Source of the DNA: Piromyces finnis finn
Taxonomy: Eukaryota > Fungi > Neocallimastigomycota
Direction of reading: 5' to 3'
Assembly: GCA_002104945.1 (NCBI GenBank)
Contig: MCFH01000075.1
Coordinates: 124,001 to 188,000, forward strand
DNA length: 64,000 nucleotides
Shown: in pieces, positions 25,501-36,913 of the stretch
Numbering within the stretch: position 1 is the stretch's first letter
Layout of the letters: every line of letters begins with the position of its first letter
Translations under genes and position numbers: made by a program
Notes under the pieces: model-generated
Seen by the model: the letters and a program-made list of their open reading frames with translations, nothing else
What the model was told of the DNA's origin: nothing
Database searches by the model: none

Positions 25501-26313
25501 TATAATATTAAGTATCATTGTAGATTAAATTTATTTTTATTAAAAAATTCAACAATTCAAAATAATAATCATTGAAGTCTTAAAAATGATAGTTCATTTA
25601 TATTCATATTATAAAATAGTAAAAATAATTTATAGCATTTTAAAATTATTATTTTTAGAAATTTAATTTGAAATCTTTTTCCTACCTTGAATTGAAGCAT
25701 CTCTTCTATCTTTATTAAAATCTTTTATTTCTACATTATCGATATAAACAGGAAAAGAATCATTTTTTAAATTTAATTCTTCTAAAGAAGTAATAAATTG
25801 TGACCAACATTCTACTAATAATAATTTTTCAAAAATCTTAATTATTTTGATAATATCATCAATTAAAATTTATTATCAAATAAAAATAAAATTGTTACTA
25901 TTGTCATTATTATTGTATTAGTCTTTACTTATTTATTTTCTATGGAAATTTCTATAATTTATATTTAATTTTAAATAAATATAGAAATATAACATTATGA
26001 ATTGAATATTATATACCTTTCTATATTGTAATGCACTTTCAAAAACGTCTGGAATGGATTCTAAATCTTCTTGCCTTATATTAGGTGGATAACTACCTCT
26101 CATATGTACATTCCATGATAATACTATTTCATAAAAGTGTTCCAAAGAAGCTATTAAAAAACTATTTCTATTCTTATTATACATATACAAATCATTTTTG
26201 TAATCTTCTTCTACATCCGAATCAATGTCATAAAATTCAATATCTTCATCTGGAACATTATTCTCGTTTAAATTAAGTTGAGAATTAATTAGATCTCCTA
26301 AATTAATATTCAT
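22563..26313 (-). CDS. Sen1/senataxin-like superfamily 1 RNA/DNA helicase (AAA_11/AAA_12). Exons 26313-26017, 25836-25686, 25402-22563
   Basis: Walker A QGPPGTGKT, Walker B IIDEAGQ, LIGDPNQLPP, QYRMHP, TVDSFQGQEKD, RRMNVAITRA. The rebuilt exon 2 reads IFEKLLLVECWSQF, typical of Sen1 just before the helicase core. GT-AG junctions keep frame; an extra small exon in intron 2 is not excluded. Confidence 0.9.
22846..22942 (-). repeat. 39-bp coding tandem repeat, about 2.5 units, encoding three DDFPSLG motifs
   Basis: cttgg at 22852, 22891 and 22930; protein NDFPSLGSKSKPKDDFPSLGSKSKPKDDFPSLG. Confidence 0.9.
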
Positions 26314-26418
26314 TATGCATACAATTCATTAAATATATATATTTATGATTATATAAAATAATTGTTTAAACAATTCAATTTTTTTTTTTTTTTATTTATG
26401 TTTAAATTATATGTATTT

Positions 26419-26450
<32 letters not shown>

Positions 26451-27226
26451 GTAAAGTAAATGAATAAATAAATAAAATTTGAATTTTATAGCCAATAGTA
26501 TTTCTTTAAAATTTTGAATAATAGATTTTTTTTAAAATATTTTTATTTTTTTGTTATTGCTATATAAAGTATTTATTATTAAAAAATTAAAGATAAAGAC
26601 AAGTAACGAAATAATAATAAACTTTTTTTTAGTTTTAATCATTAATAAGACATATATAAATTTATTTATACTCTTCATTTAATTATTTGGATGCGTTAAT
26701 ATTGATTTTATTTATTTATCTTTCTTAAAAAAAAATAAAAAGTTTTTGTAATACTTTTAATTTATTTCATTTTAAAATGGGTATAAATATTCTGAATATA
26801 TTTAAAACTTTTTGTTTTTTAAAATACATATATTTAATGAATTCTTAAATAACATTATATTATATTAAATTTTATTTTCAGAAGAACAGTTGATTACAAA
26901 TTAATGCTTTTATTGTTAAATAAAACTTCATTAAAAAAAATAAAACCAAAACCTGAAAAAAAAGATTTTAGTTTAATCTAATCTTTATAATAAATATCTA
27001 TAAAAAATTTTTTTATTCAAGACTTAATCCTTACACTTTAGTTATTTCAATTATTTAATAATTATTTAATGTTAACATCGTTATATCATCAATTATCTTT
27101 TATAGAAGAAAAGGATAATAAATTTAGTGTCATAGAGAAATTTTTATTAGCTTTCTTTAGAATTTTTTTTTGCTTATGGCGAAAAGAAATTTATTACTTT
27201 AATATTCAACTTTGAATTTTGTTTAT

Positions 27227-27298
27227 GGGGTTGTAACTCAGTGGTAGAGTGTTCGCTTCGCATGCGAAAAGCCGCGGGTTCGATTCCCGCTAACTCCA
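27227..27298 (+). tRNA. tRNA-Ala, anticodon CGC, no intron
   Basis: Full cloverleaf: acceptor GGGGTTG/TAACTCC with the Ala identity pair G3:U70, D arm ACTC/GAGT, anticodon arm TTCGC-TTCGCAT-GCGAA, T arm GCGGG-TTCGATT-CCCGC, discriminator A. Confidence 0.97.
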
Positions 27299-27863
27299 TA
27301 TTTTTATTTATGAATTGAAAATTTTCATTTTATTGTAGTTATATTTTTAATTTTTATTATCACTATTATCATTATTATTTAATTCTAAAATATATCATTT
27401 ATTCAAATGTTTTTATTGAATAGACTACATTCTTTTCATTGCACTTTTTTTTAATATTCATGATTATTTTACTACCGCCGAATCACATAAATTTATGGCT
27501 TTTTATTAATTGTGGCGTTTATTATAAATCATTCAAACCTTATATTAAAATTTGTTCACTTGATTTCATCAAAAAAGTATATATTTTTAATTAATATTTT
27601 TTTAAAGTTATAATAAATAAGTAAATAAATAAAAATAAGCTTTTAATAATTATTAAATAATTAAAGAAATTTTTAAAAATTATAGGTGCCATTAGACTAT
27701 TTTACGCCTTATTATTTTTTTTTAAAAAAAAGTTTATTATATAAATACCTTAATAAATACTTTACTTTTTTTATTGTTAAAAAAAAAAAAAATAACATAA
27801 AATAAAAAAATAATTATCAATATATCCTTTAATAGAGGAAAAAAATAAACTATTATTAAAAAA

Positions 27864-28674
27864 ATGGTTGTTAAACAAAATCAAGACGATTTACTTTATC
27901 CGGAAATAGAAGCCTATGATACAGGTTTTCTTAAAGTATCAAATATTCATAACATTTATTATGAACAAAGTGGAAATCCAAATGGAAATCCAGGTATGAA
28001 AACTGATTTTATTTTACTTTTCAAAAGAAGAATTGATTTTGATTAAATGAATAATTTTCAGTATTTTAGTAATATAAAACCAATAAAACCAACAATTAAT
28101 ATTTAATAAAGAATTAAAAATAAAATTGAAATTTGGAATTATGAATTAAAAACCTGAAATTTTATATCTAAAAAATTTTGAATTAAAAGATTTTGAATTA
28201 TTTTACTCAAGTATTTTTTATATTTTATTTGTGATATATGATATATATGTATTGTAATAGATAATAATAATAAATATTATTAATCTATATATAGTAAATT
28301 AATGGAATAACCATCAAAAGAGATTTCTAATTAATTATAAACATTATTAATTAAAAATTATTATTATTATTTTAATAATTTAATATGAAATAAATAAATG
28401 AATAAAAAGTAATTTATGTACATGGTGGTCCAGGAGGTGGTACCTTTCCAAAAGATAGACGCTATTTTGATCCAAAGACATACAGGTGATTTATTATTAT
28501 TACTATTATTATATTAATTGTATTATAAAATAATTATTTAATTTTTAAAATATGCATATTAATAAAAAATAAAAGAATAATATTATTTGACCAAAGAGGT
28601 TGTGGTAATTCTACTCCGTAAGCTTTTTTTTTTTTTTTTTTTTTATTTGAATAAAATTTATTTACATATTTATA

Positions 28675-28741
<67 letters not shown>

Positions 28742-30089
28742 ATCATGTAATACTAAATATTGCTATATATCATTCCAATTTATTAGAGCTGCATGTTTAG
28801 AACAAAATACCACTTGGGATTTGGTTTCTGATATTGAAAAACTAAGGTATATTAGAGTATATATATTTTTTATTGCTATTATTTTTTTTATTATTTTTAT
28901 TATTAATATATTAATCTATGATATTTTATTATAATTTATTTGAATTTATAGACAACATTTAAATATTGATAAATGGCTTGTTTTTGGTGGTAGGTTATAA
29001 AAATGCATTTTATTAGTTTTTTATTTATCGAATCTATATAGTATTATATATATATATAATAATTAATTATCTTTAATATATCAGGTTCATGGGGTTCTAC
29101 TCTTTCTTTAGCATATAGTGAAAAATATCCAGAACATGTAAAAGGTTTAATATTGAGAGGTATTTTCTTAGGTCGCGATAGGTAAATCTATCTGTATATA
29201 TTCGTAAAGGTTTAATTACTCTATACATTAATTAATTATTTATAAATATATAAATAAAAATCATTAAAAGTGAATTAAATTGGTTGTATCAAGGTGGCTC
29301 TGCTCACCTTTTCCCTGATTATTGGGAAGGCTATATTGAGCCAATTCCAGAAAATGAAAGAGATAATTTTATTGTTGCTTACTATAAACGTTTAACTAGT
29401 AATAATGAAGAAGAAAAACTTAAATGTGCTAAAGCTTGGACTAAATGGGAAGAAGCAACATCAAAACTTTATATTGGTATTTATTCTATTATTAAAAAAT
29501 ATTAAGCATCAATTATTTCTTATTTTACAATAACTCTTCTTTAATCGTTTTATTTTTTTTTTATTGTATTTTTTAATACATTTCTATAATTAAATTTATA
29601 ACTGCAATAAGACGAAGATCAATTCTTTATTAATAAAAGTGAAGATAGTGCTAAATTTGCTGCTGCTTTCGCTAGAATTGAAGTAATTATACCTATATAT
29701 ATTTAAAAGCTATATATTAAAACTAAAAAAAAAAAAAAAACTACAACTTTTTATATTCAAATTATTAAAAAAAATTTTTATTTACATAATCATTGTTATT
29801 ATTTTTAATTATAGTGTCACTACTTTATTAATAAATGTTTCTTTGATTCCCAAAATTACTTATTAGAAAATATTGAAAAAATTCGTAATATTCCAGGTAT
29901 AAATTATTTCTTTACTGTATAACAAAAAATAAAAAAATTTCTTTTTTTTTCTTTATTTATATATATTTCAAAAATAAATATTTATCATTTTTTATATTTT
30001 ATTTCAAAAGGTATTATTATTCAGGGAAGATATGATTGCGTTTGTCCAGCTACAACTGCATGGGATTTACATAAAAAAGTAAATTTATC

Positions 30090-30126
<37 letters not shown>

Positions 30127-30397
30127 AAAACTAACAATATTACTAATTACTAAAAATATCTTTTTTTTTTTTTTTTTTTTTCACTATTAAATATTAATTT
30201 AATAGTGGCCTGAAGCCGAATTTCATATTGTACTTTTTATTTTAAATCACAATAAATTAATTACGATATACCTATTTTGTACTAACAACTATAAATTATA
30301 TTGAAAATAATAGGTTCCAGATTGTGGTCATTCAGTAAGTGAGTATGGTATTACTAAAAAAATAATGGAAGCTACCAACAAATTTAAAAATATATAA
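27864..30397 (+). CDS. pip: Proline iminopeptidase (peptidase S33), 12 exons: 27864-27993, 28410-28485, 28576-28617, 28787-28846, 28952-28989, 29085-29181, 29271-29476, 29612-29682, 29815-29896, 30011-30078, 30206-30229, 30314-30397
   Basis: The spliced product contains HGGPGGG, FDQRGCG, NTTWDLVSDIE, FGGSWG (nucleophile), LILRGIF, QGRYD and GHS. All junctions are GT-AG and in frame. Confidence 0.93.
28676..28743. repeat. (AAAT)n microsatellite in intron 3 of the iminopeptidase gene
   Basis: Seen directly. Confidence 0.95.
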
Positions 30398-30986
30398 TAG
30401 GAATAACTATTAAAAATATTATTATCAAAACATTTCTGTAATATAAAAAAAATAAAATCATTAAATAAACATTAAACAAACTATTAAAATTTGTTCACTT
30501 TTATTTTAATTTATACAATATTAATTATTATTTTACATAAAATAATAAATCATTTTATTTAAAAGTGTTAAATAAAAAGTTTTATTCTATGTAATTGCTT
30601 TAAAATTAACTTTTTTTTATTATGTGAATATATGACACCTTGGGAACGCTACTCTAATCAATAGTAAAATAACGCTTTTATGATGCAATGCCAAATCTAT
30701 TCTATGCAGCCTTTCCAAGTGAATAACCCATCTTTTTAGAGTCAACACAGGATAAACTGCAATATTACTTTTTTTATATATAAATTATTTTATAATACTT
30801 TTTATAAATATTATTCTAATTTATATATATTAATTTTTTAATGTTTTTTAATATTTTTTAACAAAAAGAAAAATGATAAAAAAAATTTTAATATTATGAA
30901 TATTTATATTAAGAAAAAGTCAATTATATTTTTTGATTGGTTAATCTAAATCATATTATAAATTGATTCGCAACAATATCTTATAG

Positions 30987-30987
<1 letters not shown>

Positions 30988-31021
<34 letters not shown>

Positions 31022-31026
31022 GTAAG

Positions 31027-31079
<53 letters not shown>
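30988..31079. repeat. (AAAT)n microsatellite
   Basis: Seen directly; two AAGT variants. Confidence 0.95.
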
Positions 31080-31081
<2 letters not shown>

Positions 31082-32632
31082 AATTTCAAGTTACATTAAA
31101 TGATTATTTTATATATTTATTTATTTTGAGATTTAATAATAAAGTTTAATTTTATCTTATTTTATTATCTTGTATTATTACCTTCTCGTATTTTAAATAC
31201 TTTTATTTATTTATTTCTATTATATATTTTAATTATTTATTATTATTATTGTTGATTTAACATATCTAGATTATAGTTTTATATTAATATGTGCAAGTTA
31301 AATATATTTTTTATTTCATAAAGTTAAAACTGCTTGAATGAATAATTTATTTATTTTTTTTTATTTTTAATGTATAAATTCTTCTCATGTATCATGAATA
31401 AAAGTTGATATTATTAAAGTTTGCAAATATTCATTATATATTTTTTTAAATGCGATAAATATCCTAAAAAAAAAAAAAGAAAATATGCTTTAACTAAGAA
31501 AATCAAAATGTGATATATAATAATTTTTTCTATTTAATAATTTTTAAAATTTTTAAATTTTGTTTAAGATTATTTGGCTTTGTAACAAAAAAAAACTTTC
31601 AAAGTCCTACAAAAGAAATAGAATAATGAATTTTGTAAATAACGACATGTTTTACTTATTTACTAATTGATATTTTGTATTATCTATTATTAATTAATAA
31701 AAATAGCAACAACAATAAAAGTATATATATTAGCATTTTAATATATATATTTAAACTAGAATATACTTCTTGTATTATAAATATTAAGAATAGTATATAA
31801 ATAAGCAAAAAATATAAATATAAAATAAATAAGATAATCATTTAAGTTGAAAGTTGAATAAAATTCAATGAACTCTGCAATTTGTACTGTGGTGTGAGAT
31901 TATATATATATCTTAAAAAAGTACTATTAACCATTTTTAAAATAAATACAGTAATGAAATTATTAAGAAATGTTAAGTAAAAAAAAAAAAAGATTTATCT
32001 TAATTTCATTTTTTCTTTGCAAAGAATAAATTATATAAATAATAATACCAACGATCAGTTGTTAACAAAACTATTTTATAATATACTTTTCATGATAGAC
32101 ATTTTAAAAATTTCTTATTGAACCTTATATTAGAATACAATCCTTAAAAAAGATTATACTTCTTACATAATTCAAATTAAAAACTATATCAACAAATATT
32201 AAAAACTATACTACTTAATATTAATTTTAAACACAATTACATTCCTCTCACTAACACTTTCCTCCTTTTTATTTCTTAAAAACTATTCTTTTAAATCTTT
32301 CATTTTCTTATTCTGATAATTCAACTTTTTGTTCATTTTTAATACTATTTTTGTTTTTATTTTAAAATCTAAATTTACATAACTATTAATTATTTATTCT
32401 TAACATATCTAAATAGTTATTCATTAATTATTATACCTTCGTAAATATTGAGGCTTTAAAAATAATATATAAATTTACTTTTATATTCAAAATCCACCCT
32501 TTTTCCAATAAAGTCATACTGAAATACACTTTTGAATCATCAAAAACAATCATATGGATCTTTATATTAATTTAGTTTTAACTTTTTTTATTATTATATC
32601 TCAAATGAAATTTTATGATATAATCAACAAAT

Positions 32633-33553
32633 TTAAGCCTTAACGGCGAATTTGCGTTGAGCGAAGTGAGTATCATGCTTTTGTTGACGAACAGTCTTTT
32701 GGGAAGCTTCGTAAGCAGTTAATCTACGACGGATAGCACGAGTCTTCTTGACACGGAGATCGAGTGGGAGGTACTTCTTACCCTTGAATAAAGTACGTTG
32801 TTGTTCACGTTGGGCTTGGCTGATGACAGTGTTAACCTTAGCAATACCCTTACGGACTTCTTGGCTATATATTATTAATATATTTATTTTAATTATATAT
32901 TCAAATATATTTTGTGTTTAATATTTAATTATTCTAATGATTCTTACATCTTAGATAACTTGGCGTTGTTACCACCATTGACCTTTTGGACTCTTAAGGA
33001 AGCGAGTTCAGCCTTAAGTTCAGCGAGCTTGCTAACAAGTTCGGCCTTGGTCTTGTTTCTTAATTCGTAAGCTTTGATTTCAGTCTGTATATTATTAATT
33101 TATATATATTTAGTTTTCATATCTTTGATTTAAATTATAATTTTCTATGAATTTATTTTAAATGTATATTGTGATGTTTTTTATTTCAATGTAAAATTAA
33201 AATAAATTCGTTATAAATTGATTTAATTGTTAATGGATGAATAAATAGTTTTTGCATTAAATTGTTCTTCATTTTTCATAAATTTTTACCAGCATTGTTA
33301 ATAATTCATTTCCTTTTTCTACACATTGAAACAATATCAATCTTCTTATATAGAATCTCAAACGTCCATGAAACATTTCACATTCTTCATGTCAATCTTT
33401 TAACACATTCATCATTTAACCCACTTATTACAACATATACAACTAAATTTATTTCATTATTTTTACATGTTATAACAACACATAATACATTTAAAAAAAT
33501 TCACAATATTCATTATTAATAAAAATACATTAAAAAACATTCATCATTACCAT
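32633..33553 (-). CDS. RPL35: 60S ribosomal protein L35 (uL29). Exons 33553-33551 (ATG only, inferred), 33084-32948, 32864-32633
   Basis: The spliced protein is [34 protein letters not shown]...[23 protein letters not shown]...FAVKA*, with strong C/G-ending codon bias. ATG|GTAATG at 33553 is the best candidate first exon. Absent from the ORF track. Confidence 0.95.
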
Positions 33554-33584
33554 TGTCACTCACAAATAGGGTCAACTAAATTTT

Positions 33585-33594
33585 AAGAGAGAGG
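33585..33594 (-). promoter_or_regulatory. TCT/5'TOP-like pyrimidine tract CCTCTCTCTT upstream of RPL35
   Basis: About 32 nt upstream of the inferred ATG; the same 8-mer lies upstream of RPS14. Confidence 0.45.
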
Positions 33595-36500
33595 TGTTAA
33601 ATTGGAAAAAATAGTTAATTTCTTTTGTTAATTCTATTTTTTGTTTTGATTGGCAACAATAACAAATTTGTAGATAGTTATTTTGTTATGATTGGATAAA
33701 ACTGATTTGTATATAAAATGTATGTACATTTGTAATAAATTGAAAATTTTTCACTTTTAAATTATAAATTTTTAACTATTTAATTTTTTTTTTTGATTTA
33801 AAAGTTACAAATTTAAAATATGTATATTAATAATTTATATAGTCAGTTTTTTTTTAATTTATTGTAATCATCACATCTGTTTTATCTATTTAGTCTCTTT
33901 TAAATTTAAATAAATAATAAATATATATTATGTTTATATTTAATATTTATAAATATTAATGTTATTAATATTTGTGTTTATAGACATTTATTCTATCTAT
34001 TATAGTATATCAAAAAAATAAATTAATAATTAAAATATTAGATTGTAATGAAAAAAATAGCAGTTAAATATTCATAAATAGCTATTTTCATGCAAAAGTA
34101 TAATAAGAAAAAATATATCTTATGATGTATATATCGAGATGTTATTGATATTATATTTATAATTAATTATAATTTTTCTATCTTTTATAGATGAAAAAAT
34201 TTTTTATTATGTTATTAACAATTATTATTACAATATCATATTTTTATAAATAAAATAATCAATCATAGCATGTTAAAATTATAATATAACAGTGATATTA
34301 TTTGCAATTAGGATAATAGTACAGTGAATATATATAAATTACTTTTCCAAATTTAAAGCATCAATCTATAATAGAAATATGTTTAATGAAAATTTTATAT
34401 TATATATCCTAATATACAATTCAGAAAAGAAAGAAATTTTTAAGTCTTATGAGAATAAATTCAACAAATAGTAATGAAATAATAATGAATTATATATATA
34501 ATAACATTGTCAAAAAAATAAATAAATTACATTTTATTATTATTGTCGTTATTTATAAATAATAATATATTAAATTTAATATTAAGATTAATATTAAATA
34601 TTCTATCTGTTACTTTTCCTACTTTATAATAACAATAATTATGAAATATTTTTAAATATTTTGTTAAATCATCTACAAAAAAAAAAGGATAGGTATAAAG
34701 GCTTAACCTACTTTTTTTTTTTAAGAAATGCTGAATTTCTGTTACCTTGAAAAATAAAGTTTATTCCACATATTAAAATTAAATTTATAATTAAAAATCA
34801 AAATTTTTAATTTCATAATATAATTCCCATAATAGTTAATAATTTAATCTTTAATTAAAAAAGTAAAGATATGGATAATATAATTTAAATTAAATATAAG
34901 ACATTTATTTAAATTATATTCATTCATTTATAATTATACAAATGGACGATAATTTATTTATCAATTAATTATCAAATTTTAATTATTTATTTAATAATTA
35001 ATATTTTATTCATTCACTTTTTCTAAATTAAAAATTTACAATCTTAATGTATTCCAATATATATTAAATGAATAAAAGTAATTATTATTCATTATATTCC
35101 TATATATTATTATATATTAAATTGTATTTATCTAATTCAATTTTAATTATAACTTAATTAACATTAATAAAAAGATAATATTTTATTTAGTATGTTATTA
35201 TACCAACCAAGTATTATCATGTACGGTCAATGCTAAACTATAATTATAATAAACCAAGAAGAAGTTATATTATAAGAAATAAAGGTAGTGATGCAATTAT
35301 ACCATTTACAAATAAAATATGCCAGAAAGAATAAGCATTTCATTGAATTATTTTCTATAATAAAACAAGAATAAAGAATTTAAGTAAAGAAATTGTTTTA
35401 CTATTATACATAATTATTTCTATTTATTCTCTTAAATCTAAACGGTTATATTTTACATCCACAATTAAAAGTTTTTTTATCCTTCAGATAGTTTTATTAT
35501 TAACTTTTTTTAATTTATCGAATAATTATATTTTTTTTTTTTTTAGTATTTATAAAAGTTTATTTTAATTAAATAATTAATTAAAACTTAAATTTCTACC
35601 GCTATTTCATATTTATAATTCAACACATGTCTTTTTTTTTTGTTTGTTTGTTAATATTTGTTTTTGTCTCGGCTTGTCTTTTTTTTATTATTATTATTTT
35701 TATTATTATTAATATTGTTATATTAATATTATTAGTAGTGGTATAGTATATGGATTATAAATGAAAGCTTAACTACTAATTCAATAATGAAGAATAATAA
35801 TTAAATAATTTAAAAGAAATAATAAAATTAATGCATCCAATATTCTTTCATATTATTATATTATTATTAAATTAATCTAATTTATTATTGTTTATTCAAA
35901 ATTAATTATTAAATATATTAATTTAAAATAATTAATAAACTTTTCTGAATTCGCTAAATTTCTCCTTTTTTTTTTTTTTTTTATCAAATGTAGCATTATC
36001 AATTATCAAACTTTTTTTTTTTTTTTTTTTATCTTTAAAATATATAATTACAATATTTTTCTTTTCTTTTTTTTTTTTTTTTTTTTTATCAATTTCCTTT
36101 TTCTAAAGAATTCAAAAATAAAAATAATAAAAATAAGAATATACATCAAAATTAAAAAAAATAAAAATAATAAAGAAAAGAAAAACAATTATAATAAATT
36201 AAATATAATTTATTATTAATAGTAAGAAATTGGAAAAATATATTAAACAAAAACAACTTAATAAAAAAGAAAAAGGTATATTAATGAATGATAAACCTAC
36301 AAAATAACACAATAAAAGAATAATAATTGATAATTCAAAATTAAAAAGAAAATAAAAACTTTTATAACAAATCTCAAAAGAAACATATATACATAATAAA
36401 AAATAAATAAAGAAAAAGAAATTGAAAAAGAAAAAGAAAAAGAAAAAAATACTTGTTAACATAAAATATTATCATTATTTAATAAAAAAAGAATTATCAA

Positions 36501-36913
36501 AAAACAATTATCATATATTATTTATTTATTTATCCTAAACTATTATTAATAAATATTCAAAAGCATAGATATAATTTAAAATAAAATTTAAAAGAAAATA
36601 ATAATAATAAATGCAATAAAAAATATAAAGAAAAATATAACTAAAATATAAACTATTTATAAGATAAAAAATATTTTATTTAATAATCATTTTTATCCAA
36701 CAATTTTATAAAAGCATCATATTTAGAAAGGAAAAAAAAAAAATAAAATAAAATAAAATCTTTAACAATACTTGAAAAAACAATTTAATAAAAAAAGAAA
36801 AAGAAAAAAGAAATAAAATTATATATAAAGTTTAAAAAGTTAAAATATTATTTACATAAATTATAAAAAATATATCAAATAATAAAATATTAAAAATAAC
36901 AAAATAGGATAAA

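Noticed and set aside
33262-33519. 85-aa His/Ile-rich ORF, and a possible snoRNA in RPL35 intron 1
   Set aside because: The ORF is antisense within the intron. A C box (ATGATGA) is present on the sense strand but there is no downstream CTGA D box.
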